A stretch of DNA of 64,000 nt from an uncultured bacterium (GTDB lineage Bacteria > Patescibacteriota > JACMRA01), in contig OY969926.1 of assembly GCA_963704645.1 (NCBI GenBank), positions 768,001 through 832,000 on the forward strand, written 5' to 3'. A model generated the notes under the pieces. That model had not been told where the DNA came from, searched no databases, and saw only the letters and a program-made list of their open reading frames with translations. Within the stretch, counting starts at the first letter, position 1. Each line of letters opens with the position of its first letter. Positions 20,987 through 30,790 of this stretch are shown in pieces. Made by a program: the position numbers and the translations under genes.

Positions 20987-23900
20987 TTAACTTACGCTAC
21001 AGATTAATGTTCCTACGTAGGCCTGAGCTCTTATGTAGGCAGGGACTGTGAAATCTAAAGTGATATCTTTTTCAAATTTACCAACACCATAATTACTTGG
21101 GAACGAGGATAAGTTGAAGTTATTACTTTCTCCGTCGCTGCCCTCGCCAGTTAGCTGAGTAGTGCTTTGTCTTTCTGTGTAATCTGTTAAACCTTCCAAA
21201 GCTCCGAATCCAGTTACAACTTGTAATGTTGAGGGGGTGATTCCAAATTTAGAAGCAGAGTCTTTGTAAAGTGGAAGGACCCAAGAATTATCTAGAACTC
21301 CAGTTAAGTTACTAGATTTACAAACTAAACTCCAACCAGCTTGGCTTCCTCTTAAATCTTCCACGGTTATACCGTTTAGATTAGCAGAAGTGCTTTGTTC
21401 TGTTGTAGCTGCAGTAACAGAAGTAAAGTTTGCCACACTTGGACTGGTTAAGGTTAAATTACCACCATTTAAACATAGAAGTATATTAGTTATTGCTGTA
21501 TTTCCTTGTGAATTTGAACCACCTAATCCATTGCTACAATTAGCACCTCCTGAAGTGGTAGTTATGTTATTTGCATCTAAATATGTTGATCCACTTCCGC
21601 TAGCATTGTACTGACTTGTAAATGTTCCTTCTACACTTCCCACTGGTATGTTGTTACAAATTAAGGAAGTTCCTGAACCAACTACAGGACAATTTGTTAT
21701 AGTTCCGCCACTTCCAATTCTTAGATTCACACTTCCGTTTAAGGTGTTTAAGTTTACATTGGTTGTAATTGTGCAATTTACAGTGCTGTTTGTACCTACA
21801 GAAGTTGGTGAACAAAGCATGGATGTAATGTCTGAAGTTTGAATTGGATAAGTAACTGGGGCAGTAACTGTAATACTGTTACCATCGGCATACGCGCTGT
21901 TGCTTCCTGTTGCGTTATATTGACTAGCAAAAATTCCAGCAGCAGAACCTACATTTATGTTGTTACAAATTAAAGTTGTACCGCTAACTGCTAATGGGCA
22001 GTTTACAACACTTCCGTTAGTACCAACTCTAACATTCACACTTCCAGATAAAGTATTTTGATCTACATTTGTTGTAATTGTACAATCTACAGTTGTATCT
22101 ATAAGCGTAGATGAAGGTGAACATAGCATTGATGAGATATTGGAATTAAGAATAGCTGAAAGACTAGCACTTTGATAAGTAAAACCATTGCCTATTGCGT
22201 AAGAAGCATTTGAACCATCGGTAATTACTACATTAACTGGCCCAGCAGCATGAGCAGGTGTATATCCGGTCATGGTTGTAGAATTAACAAAAGTAACTGA
22301 AGTAGCTGGTAATCCATCAAAAGAAATAACTAATGTACCTACTTCCAAATTACTTAAAAGTTGTATTTCACCAAATGTGGAAGGTAGTTCATCATCACCA
22401 ATATTATTAGTATTAGGATAGCCAAGTTTACCACCATAACTATCTCCCCAACATTTCATGCCTCCTGTATTTAAAATTATACAGGTAGTTCCATAGCTTG
22501 TTGTGGTACTTAATTTAGCTACTATACCACCCACACTCACATCTCCAACTGTAAAAGGTAATTCGTCATCACCAATGTAATTTTCATTTCCATAACCTAA
22601 TTGTCCTGCCCAGTTTGCTCCCCAACACCTTAAGTTTCCAGCTGATAGTAATGCACAAACATGGTCTTCACCAACTGCTATTTCAGTTACGGTACCACCA
22701 ATATTAACATCACCGCCAGGACTGTTTCTGTCTGTTGTGTCTCCATAACCTAATTGTCCACTAGAAGCTTCACCCCAACATCTAACATTTCCTGCAGAAA
22801 GTACTGCACAGGTATGACGATAGCCACCACCAATTTGAATTACACTTCCTCCTACATTTATATCGCCAGCACTTGCTGGAGTTTCATTATCTCCTATGTT
22901 ATTATTATTTCCATAACCCAATTGACCTGCAAACCCATCACCCCAACATCTAACATTTCCTGCAGAAAGGATGGCGCAATTATGATAAGAGCCGGCGGAT
23001 AATTTGGTAACTGTTCCGCCTAAGTCAATATCTCCACCAGGACTGTTTCTTTGGGTTGTGTCTCCATAACCTAATTGTCCACTAGAAGCTTCACCCCAAC
23101 ATCTAACATTTCCTGCAGAAAGTAAAACACACACATGAGAATTGCCTGCAACAATATCAACTACAGTTCCGCCAACGTTAACATCACCGCCAGGACTGTT
23201 TCTTTGAGTTGTATCGCCATATCCAAGCTGACCGTCATAGTTGGCTCCCCAACATTTTACACTTCCAGAAGAAAGTAATGCGCAGGTGTAACCACCACTG
23301 GCAGTAATTTTACTTACAGGGCCTCCAAGATTTACAAATCCTACTGTACTAGGTAATTCATTGTCACCAATGTTAGTACTGTTACCATAGCCTAACTGGC
23401 CATAATAATTTGCACCCCAACACTTAACATTGTTATTGGAAAACAGGGCACAAGTATGATCCCAGCCTGATACTGTTTGAATAACCCCAATATTATTACT
23501 AAACTGGCCGTCAGCAATTGTAGCTGTAACAAAGGTGCCTCCAGCAGCAGGACCCACAATTGGGTCTAAAGTTATACTTGGTCCAGGAATAACGGTAATA
23601 TTGTTTCCATTTAAGTATGATGATCCGCTTCCGCTAGCGTTGTATTGACTTGTAAATGTTCCCGCTACACCACCCACTGCAACATTGTTACAAGTGATTG
23701 TGCTTCCTATACCAGTAACTAGACAATTTGTGACTGCGCCACTTGAACCAATTCTTACATTTACGCTCCCACTTAATGCATTGGTGTTTATATTTGTTGT
23801 AATGACACAATTTACTGTTGTATTTGTAGGTCTAGTTGAAGGTGAACATAGCATTGATGAAATATCAGAATTTAGTACAGGTCTAGGCGCTACATATGTG

Positions 23901-26900
23901 TAGGCATTTGTTAAATTAAAAGCAGTGTTTAAACCATCAGTAATTACTACGTTCACAGTTCCTACAGCATGAGCTGGAGTTATACCAGTAATAGTTGTAT
24001 TATTTACATAAGTAACAGAAGTGGCTTGTAAACCATCAAAAGTAATAGAAACAGGAGTAATTTCAGAAGGGTTAACAACTGAAATAGTTCCAATTGAGGC
24101 AGGAGTTTCATTATCACCAATTTGATTATAATTTGCATAACCTAATTGCCCATAGCTAGCATCACCCCAACATTTAACATTGCTGGTAGAAAGCAAAACA
24201 CAGGTATTATACGCTCCAGTAGAAATTTGTATTACTGTACCTCCTACATTTACATTGCTAATATTGGAAGGAATTTCATCATCGCCAATATAACTAGTAT
24301 TTGCATACCCAAGTCTGCCATAATCACTATTACCCCAACACTTTATATTGCCTGTGGAAAGCAGAGCACAGACGTGAGATTCTCCTGTAGAAATTTGCGT
24401 CACAGTTTCTCCAATACTTACATCCCCCGCCACAGACGGAATTTCATCATCTCCAATATTGTTAGTATTTCCATAACCTAATTGCCCTGCGTTATTAGCT
24501 CCCCAACATCTTACATTGCCAGTAGATAGCAAAGCACAGTTGTAGGATCCTCCAGCAGAAATTTGCGTCACAGTTCCTCCAACATTTACATCACCAGCAA
24601 CAGCAGGAGTTTCATCGTCTCCAATATAGTTGGTATTTCCATAACCTAATTGCCCACTATCAGCATAGCCCCAACATCTTACGTTTCCATTAGAAAGTAA
24701 GGCGCAGGTGTGTAATCCTCCAGCAGAAATTTGCGTCACAGTTCCTCCAACATTTACATCACCAGCAATAGCAGGAGTTTCATCATCTCCTATAATATCA
24801 CCATTTCCATATCCTAAGCTTCCGTAATTACCATATCCCCAACATCTTACATTTCCAGTATTAAGTAAGGCACAGGTATGATAAGCTCCAGTTGAAATTT
24901 GTGTAACAGTTCCTCCTACGTTTACGTCACCAGCGCTGGCAGGAGTTTCATCGTCTCCAATACTGTTGGTGTTTCCATAGCCTAATTGACCATAGCTACC
25001 CTCGCCCCAACATCTAACATTACCGTTAGAAAGTAACGCACAGGTATGATTTTGTCCTGTCGAAATTTGTGTCACGAAGCCTCCTACATCTACATTTCCA
25101 GCATTTGCAGGAGTTCCATTACCCCCAATACTGTTGGTATTTCCGTATCCTAAGCTTCCGTAATAGCCATATCCCCAACACTTTACATTGCCGGTATTAA
25201 GCAAAGCACATGTGTGAGCTTGCCCAACTGAAGTCTGAATTACATCTGGTCCGTCAGAAAAAGTTGCATTCGCTATACTTGCAGTAACTAAAGTTCCTCC
25301 TAAAGTTGACCCAGCAATTGGATTTATAGTTACAGTAGGAGCTGTTACTGTGATATTATTTCCATCTAAATATATTGATCCACTGCCACTCCCATTGTAT
25401 TGACTGGCATAAATTCCTGTAGTGCTTCCCACAGCAATATTATTACAAATGATTGTTGTTCCAGCTCCGCTAACTGGGCAACTTGTAATTGCACCGCCGG
25501 GGCCAATTCTTACATTCACATTTCCACCCAAAGTGTTGATATTTATATTTGTAGTAATAACACAATCTACAGTTGTGTCTATATTAGTTGATGAAGGTGA
25601 GCATACCATGGATGATATATTATCATTTGTAATTGGTTCTCCAATATATTCAAAACCATTTACAAGAGTATAAGATTGGCCATTGTAATTGGTGACAACA
25701 ATATCTTTAAACCCAGTTGTATTTGGAGGGGTGGTAAAATTGAGTTGTGTCGCAGAAACAAAATTTGCAATTACCTCTATACCATCAATTTTTATTGAAA
25801 TATCATCAGGACTATAATATGTATAAAATCCATCTTGGTTTCCTGCTGAAGTAATTGTCCTTCCTCCAATACCAATTGTGTCAAAATACTCGCCTGCAAT
25901 ATATAGTTTACCATCGTACTCGTATACAGCTCTAACCTGATTTCCACCCACACCTCCAACTGCAAGTTGTCCACCAGTACCACCGATACTGTTAAGTTGA
26001 ACTAAATTACCAGAAGTGTCGTATTGAGCAAAGAAAGCATTGGTACCATTACCACTGATTGTTTTATTGCCATCAGATAAAGCGTTTGTGTATCCACCTG
26101 CAATCCAAACTTTATTATTTGCATCCACATGTATATCTCTTGAAGTTGCAAAACCTGCACCTGGCAAAGCTCTTACCCATAAGTAATTTCCAGACGGATC
26201 TAATTTAGCTGTGAAAACCGTGGACCCTGTGGCCGAACCAGCAATATTAATGCCCCCAAAAGTTCCAAGAGCACCCCCAATGTATCCTGTTAAATATATA
26301 TTTTGACTAGAATCTATACCTATACCGTAAGGTAAGTCACTATTTTGGTTTACAGCTCCGTTTGTTCCACCATTTACTGCCCAAACTTCGTTTCCCGAGC
26401 TATCAAGTTTTACTACTGCAATGTTGGAAGTGGATAAAGAAGTTAAGGTTGTTGATCCTATAGTTATTGTTTCACGATAACCTAAAGCTACATAAATATT
26501 ATTACTTAAATCAACTGCCAAACCATGTGATTGACCATTGTTTCCACCAAGGTCGAGTGGGTCGGTTATTGTAGTATGGGAGTAATGCTTTACCCATTGA
26601 AAATCGCCGCTACTATTTAGTTTGGCAATATATAGCTCTCCAAAAGGTGAGGGAATGTTGAAGCTAATACCACCAAAAGTAGCTGTAGGTCCTTGCGTTT
26701 TTCCAGAAAAGTATATGTTTCCTGCGCTGTCCGTATCTACATTTGATCCAAATTGATATGGAAATTCTGTTCCTGTTTCAAATACAGTGTTTGAGCTACC
26801 ACCTCCAGTCTTAGCCCAGATAAAAGCACCTGTTGCTTTGTCAATTTTAGCAATAAATATATTTGAGCCTGTACTTCCCGATAATGTTGTTGAACCAAAA

Positions 26901-28804
26901 TTGGCTGTACCTGAATAATAACCGGAAATTACTATAGCTCCATTTGCTGAGTCATTTCCCATAGATTGTTTACGTGTGAAACCGTCTCTAGTGCTTCCAC
27001 CTGCCTTTGTAGCCCAGATATAATTTCCAGAGCTATCAAGTTTTGCAATATAAATATCTTGTTCACCGCTACTGGTAAGCGTTGTGGACCCCAGTGTAAT
27101 TGTTCCAGAAAATTCTCCAGATACATACTGTCCAGTACTATCTACTACCATACCACGAGCTCCGTCATAACCAACTGAACCTAAAGATCTAATGTTTTGA
27201 TATTGTCCAGAAATAAAATTTGAACCAGTTGCAGTAATATTTGTACCTCCAGCTACTGGGCCCGAGCTTACGTTTACACTTGAAATAGTGGGTGGAGGAG
27301 TGGGGTTAGTTGTCCAATTGGCACTAAATCCACTGGATTCAACTGTTCCATTAGAAGTAAATATAATAAGTAGTGTACCAGAAGTGGATGTGATAGTTCC
27401 TGGAAGGGTATTACCTGAAAAAGTTCCCAATAAAGGACTTGAGGTGGTTATCCCATCGTATATTTTAACCTCATCATTAACATTTTCAGTATTAAAAGAT
27501 GTGAAATTCAAAGCTATAGAATCTGCATTGCTTGGAGCAATAATAAATCTACAATTTGAATTTGCCAGATAATCAATTGGTCCTGAGCTTACTGTTCCAG
27601 AGTTTGTATTATATGTCTTATCGCCCTGACAAGCTTTGCTGGTTACACTAATAATTGTTGCAATTACACTGTTTGAAGTATAGTTTATTCTAACCCTAAC
27701 ATCATTTATTACAGAACTTGGCCCCCAGCCTTCTGCAAGAATTGAGTAACCTTCTGGTGCATTTGAAAATTCACCATATATACTAGCTCCTCCAGTTGTG
27801 CCCATAAGAGTGTAGGCCTCCCCAATATTATAAGATCCAAAGAATCTCATGCTTACAGTTCCATTGCTTAGATACATGTCGTTACTTATATATGCAACTC
27901 CATTATTGCCTACGCCTGAGGCATCAACCCCAAAATTTCCTGAATTTAAATTATAACTATTGAAATTTGTAACGTTGCCTGGATATAGATTTATACCATT
28001 ACCATTCTGTGTGAAGTTGTTGATTGTTGGTGTACCTGTTAGCAATACTCCTCCGGTACTGTACATTGGGCCGTCAATGATTGTATTTCCAGTTGGTTGT
28101 AGAAAAGACCCTTCATTATTTGTAGTTACTCCACTTTCGATGGTGGCATTTTCTAAGAGCTGAGTTCCATTGCCAACTTTTGTAAAAGTGCCAGTCCCTG
28201 TCATTGTACCAGAGAAATTATAAGTAGCATTGTTGTAGCACCCAGTAGTTAAAGTGTAACCACCTGCAATTTCTACTCTGCCACCACCATTTATTCCACA
28301 AAAAACTGCATCAACTTCAAAAATAAATCTACCCCCTCCGCCTGATTGAGTATCTAAACTTTGCCAGTTACTTATACTTCCACCAGTTAAAGTGTAATCA
28401 CTGTTATTTAGAGGTTCTACAATAAAAGCACCATATACACTTAGATATAAGTCATTATTTAGGTAATAATTATTTGCACTACTTGGGAAGTATAATGTGT
28501 CATAATCTTCTGGAACTCCAGAACCAGTTGGGCAGCTTGACCAGTTTGCTGGATCGCTGAAATTACCTCCGTTGTCACCAGACCATGTACAAGTTGCAGC
28601 AGAAGCGGTTGTTTTATTGGCATTTTGTATTGAAAAACTTATTCCAACTGCTACTAAAAGCAAGAATATTGCTAGGCCAATTAATATAAATTTGTTCTTA
28701 AAAAGTTTTTTTAGCCAATTAGAACGATATAAACCACTTATTTGGTTTTTCTGGGGTAGCATATATGTATTTTGTTTTTGTTTTTGTTTGGTAGTTTCAA
28801 CCAA
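20987..28804 (-). CDS. Giant surface protein: N-terminal TM, CUB domain, beta-propeller, IPT/TIG domains, two RCC1-repeat propellers, four Cys-containing repeats, C-terminal WxL-like domain (likely start ATG 28762)
   Basis: CUB (YLANSNCRFII..LNFTSFNTE..DEVKIYDG), RCC1 (HTCALL..G.VRCWG....GQLG) about 14 times, IPT (GP.AGGT), terminal VEDLRGSQAGWSL...YVGTL. Confidence 0.85.
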   Translation of the reverse strand: MVETTKQKQKQNTYMLPQKNQISGLYRSNWLKKLFKNKFILIGLAIFLLLVAVGISFSIQNANKTTASAATCTWSGDNGGNFSDPANWSSCPTGSGVPEDYDTLYFPSSANNYYLNNDLYLSVYGAFIVEPLNNSDYTLTGGSISNWQSLDTQSGGGGRFIFEVDAVFCGINGGGRVEIAGGYTLTTGCYNNATYNFSGTMTGTGTFTKVGNGTQLLENATIESGVTTNNEGSFLQPTGNTIIDGPMYSTGGVLLTGTPTINNFTQNGNGINLYPGNVTNFNSYNLNSGNFGVDASGVGNNGVAYISNDMYLSNGTVSMRFFGSYNIGEAYTLMGTTGGASIYGEFSNAPEGYSILAEGWGPSSVINDVRVRINYTSNSVIATIISVTSKACQGDKTYNTNSGTVSSGPIDYLANSNCRFIIAPSNADSIALNFTSFNTENVNDEVKIYDGITTSSPLLGTFSGNTLPGTITSTSGTLLIIFTSNGTVESSGFSANWTTNPTPPPTISSVNVSSGPVAGGTNITATGSNFISGQYQNIRSLGSVGYDGARGMVVDSTGQYVSGEFSGTITLGSTTLTSSGEQDIYIAKLDSSGNYIWATKAGGSTRDGFTRKQSMGNDSANGAIVISGYYSGTANFGSTTLSGSTGSNIFIAKIDKATGAFIWAKTGGGSSNTVFETGTEFPYQFGSNVDTDSAGNIYFSGKTQGPTATFGGISFNIPSPFGELYIAKLNSSGDFQWVKHYSHTTITDPLDLGGNNGQSHGLAVDLSNNIYVALGYRETITIGSTTLTSLSTSNIAVVKLDSSGNEVWAVNGGTNGAVNQNSDLPYGIGIDSSQNIYLTGYIGGALGTFGGINIAGSATGSTVFTAKLDPSGNYLWVRALPGAGFATSRDIHVDANNKVWIAGGYTNALSDGNKTISGNGTNAFFAQYDTSGNLVQLNSIGGTGGQLAVGGVGGNQVRAVYEYDGKLYIAGEYFDTIGIGGRTITSAGNQDGFYTYYSPDDISIKIDGIEVIANFVSATQLNFTTPPNTTGFKDIVVTNYNGQSYTLVNGFEYIGEPITNDNISSMVCSPSSTNIDTTVDCVITTNININTLGGNVNVRIGPGGAITSCPVSGAGTTIICNNIAVGSTTGIYASQYNGSGSGSIYLDGNNITVTAPTVTINPIAGSTLGGTLVTASIANATFSDGPDVIQTSVGQAHTCALLNTGNVKCWGYGYYGSLGYGNTNSIGGNGTPANAGNVDVGGFVTQISTGQNHTCALLSNGNVRCWGEGSYGQLGYGNTNSIGDDETPASAGDVNVGGTVTQISTGAYHTCALLNTGNVRCWGYGNYGSLGYGNGDIIGDDETPAIAGDVNVGGTVTQISAGGLHTCALLSNGNVRCWGYADSGQLGYGNTNYIGDDETPAVAGDVNVGGTVTQISAGGSYNCALLSTGNVRCWGANNAGQLGYGNTNNIGDDEIPSVAGDVSIGETVTQISTGESHVCALLSTGNIKCWGNSDYGRLGYANTSYIGDDEIPSNISNVNVGGTVIQISTGAYNTCVLLSTSNVKCWGDASYGQLGYANYNQIGDNETPASIGTISVVNPSEITPVSITFDGLQATSVTYVNNTTITGITPAHAVGTVNVVITDGLNTAFNLTNAYTYVAPRPVLNSDISSMLCSPSTRPTNTTVNCVITTNINTNALSGSVNVRIGSSGAVTNCLVTGIGSTITCNNVAVGGVAGTFTSQYNASGSGSSYLNGNNITVIPGPSITLDPIVGPAAGGTFVTATIADGQFSNNIGVIQTVSGWDHTCALFSNNNVKCWGANYYGQLGYGNSTNIGDNELPSTVGFVNLGGPVSKITASGGYTCALLSSGSVKCWGANYDGQLGYGDTTQRNSPGGDVNVGGTVVDIVAGNSHVCVLLSAGNVRCWGEASSGQLGYGDTTQRNSPGGDIDLGGTVTKLSAGSYHNCAILSAGNVRCWGDGFAGQLGYGNNNNIGDNETPASAGDINVGGSVIQIGGGYRHTCAVLSAGNVRCWGEASSGQLGYGDTTDRNSPGGDVNIGGTVTEIAVGEDHVCALLSAGNLRCWGANWAGQLGYGNENYIGDDELPFTVGDVSVGGIVAKLSTTTSYGTTCIILNTGGMKCWGDSYGGKLGYPNTNNIGDDELPSTFGEIQLLSNLEVGTLVISFDGLPATSVTFVNSTTMTGYTPAHAAGPVNVVITDGSNASYAIGNGFTYQSASLSAILNSNISSMLCSPSSTLIDTTVDCTITTNVDQNTLSGSVNVRVGTNGSVVNCPLAVSGTTLICNNINVGSAAGIFASQYNATGSNSAYADGNSITVTAPVTYPIQTSDITSMLCSPTSVGTNSTVNCTITTNVNLNTLNGSVNLRIGSGGTITNCPVVGSGTSLICNNIPVGSVEGTFTSQYNASGSGSTYLDANNITTTSGGANCSNGLGGSNSQGNTAITNILLCLNGGNLTLTSPSVANFTSVTAATTEQSTSANLNGITVEDLRGSQAGWSLVCKSSNLTGVLDNSWVLPLYKDSASKFGITPSTLQVVTGFGALEGLTDYTERQSTTQLTGEGSDGESNNFNLSSFPSNYGVGKFEKDITLDFTVPAYIRAQAYVGTLICSVS

Positions 28805-28882
28805 GTTTCAGCAATTATACAGTAAAAAAAAGAATCTGTCTAAAATTTTTGTTGAAAGGCAAATTTTAAGGTTAGGGAATTC

Positions 28883-30280
28883 TTACCTGCCACTATTATT
28901 GTATTTTTGGTACAAACTATCTTTAATTTTTTTCAATTCTTCCCTGGGTAAAACTGATAAAATTTCCCAGGCAATGTTTAAAGTTTGATCAATGCTTCTA
29001 TTTTCTTTCCCTTGGTTTAAGAATTTTTGTTCGTACAGCTTTTTAAACTGCAAATACTTTTGACCAACTTCAGAAAGTGAGTCTATGCCTAGTACTAAAG
29101 CCAATTCTTCTTGCCGGTTTGCTTCAGCTAAAGTTGCAAAAATCTGGTCGGCTAGGGCAGAGTGATCTTCTCTGGTTTTACCTTCACCTTGCCCCTTATC
29201 TTTTAGCCTGGAAAGTGATTTTAAAATGTTTATTGGAGGAAAAACTCCCTTTTGAATTAAAGATCTGTCTAGCGTAATTTGTCCTTCAGTAATGTAACCT
29301 GTTAGGTCGGGGACTGGATGAGTTATGTCATCGTTAGGCATTGTTAAAATAGGAATTTGGGTGATATTACCTTCAAGGTTTTCTACCACGCCAGCACGTT
29401 CAAGCAAAGTAGCTAAATCTGTGTATAAGTAGCTAGGATAGCCAGCTCTTCCCGGTATCTCCTTTTTTGCGGCCGAAACTTCTCTTAAGGCGTTGGCGTA
29501 ATTGGTTAAATCGAAGGTTAATGTTAATACAGAATAGCCTAATTCGTAAGCTAAATATTCTGAAACAGTTAACGCCAGTCTTGGGGTTAAAATTCTTTCT
29601 ACAACAGGGTCGGAAGCTAGATTTGCGAAAATTACCGATCTGCTTATAGCTCCGGTTTCTTGAAGCGATTTAATTAAATAGGCGTACTGATCTTGGTTAA
29701 TGCCCATGGTTCCAACAACCACAGCAAAAGGTTTCTCATCATTGGTAGTAGCCTGAGAAGCAATTTGGGTAAGTAATTCTAAGTCGGGCATTCCGCTTCC
29801 AGAAAAAATTGGTATTTTCTGACCTTTTACAACAGTATTTGTTAAATCTATACTTGAAATTCCTGTTTGAATAAAACTGTCTGGCTCGGCTCTTCTGTAT
29901 GGGTTTATTGCTGAACCATAAATATCTTTGTTTTGAAGGGGAAGGGGAAGGTTGATGTCATATTTAATACCTTCCAATTCAAGTTTCCCATCTATTGGTT
30001 TGCCAAGTCCGTTAAAAATTCTACCTAAAATAGAAGGAGACAGACTAATTTTTTTGGTTTCCCCTGTGAAAACGGCAACGCTATTTTGCAAAGAAATACC
30101 TGCAGAAGACTGAAATAATTGAACTATGGCTACATCTTTTTCTAATGCAATTACCTGGCCGTCTAACTCTTTTCCGTCTGATGTTTTAATTTTTACTAGC
30201 TCTAAGTAAGAAACTTTGTCTGTTTTGTCTATAATTAATAAAGGCCCTTGTAAAGAATTTAAGGAAGTATAGCTGATCAT
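28883..30280 (-). CDS. V/A-type ATP synthase subunit B
   Basis: [67 protein letters not shown]. Confidence 0.93.
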   Translation of the reverse strand: MISYTSLNSLQGPLLIIDKTDKVSYLELVKIKTSDGKELDGQVIALEKDVAIVQLFQSSAGISLQNSVAVFTGETKKISLSPSILGRIFNGLGKPIDGKLELEGIKYDINLPLPLQNKDIYGSAINPYRRAEPDSFIQTGISSIDLTNTVVKGQKIPIFSGSGMPDLELLTQIASQATTNDEKPFAVVVGTMGINQDQYAYLIKSLQETGAISRSVIFANLASDPVVERILTPRLALTVSEYLAYELGYSVLTLTFDLTNYANALREVSAAKKEIPGRAGYPSYLYTDLATLLERAGVVENLEGNITQIPILTMPNDDITHPVPDLTGYITEGQITLDRSLIQKGVFPPINILKSLSRLKDKGQGEGKTREDHSALADQIFATLAEANRQEELALVLGIDSLSEVGQKYLQFKKLYEQKFLNQGKENRSIDQTLNIAWEILSVLPREELKKIKDSLYQKYNNSGR

Positions 30281-30479
30281 GCTACTAGAACAGTTAGGCA
30301 GCTGTTTTTAGTCAAGGTGGCTTGGGCGAGGGGAGATAAGTGGTGAAGAAGATACTTTGTGATTCAAACTTAGAGATTTACACATAAGAATTGAACAAAA
30401 CTACCCTTCCAACCTAAGCAATGGTAAATGCTAAGTACACTATGAATATTCTAGAAATAAAAAATACCCCTGGTAAGTA

Positions 30480-30790
30480 AACTGGTGCAGGTTGAGCTTG
30501 TTTCAACCGACATGTTTGCCCGAAGGGGTCAAGCCGAAGGCTTGGGGGTAGCGCCGCAGGGTTTGAGGGTAGTTTTGGAATGCGGGATTAAGACTTTATG
30601 TATTTGATTTTGTTTTTCTCTATTTCCTTGTCACACCCCAAGTGGGAGGCGGCAAGCATCTCCCCTACAGAGTGTTGTTGAGTTAAAGTATTCCCATACT
30701 AAAGTCCACTCCCCATCCCCTTACCCCTGGGAGATGACAAGCATCTCCCCTACAGAGTGTTGTGAATTTCAATGATTACCCCCTACAACC
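30480..30790. repeat. Cluster of palindromic repeats incl. 26-bp direct repeat caagcatctcccctacagagtgttgt (30653-30678, 30738-30763)
   Basis: GC-rich hairpins ending in ctac; ggggtcaagccgaaggcttggggg motif related to 43646-43668 and 56414-56450. Confidence 0.7.

Noticed and set aside
22400-25230. Near-identical DNA repeats as a mobile or CRISPR-like array
   Set aside because: They are in-frame RCC1 repeats of the surface protein.
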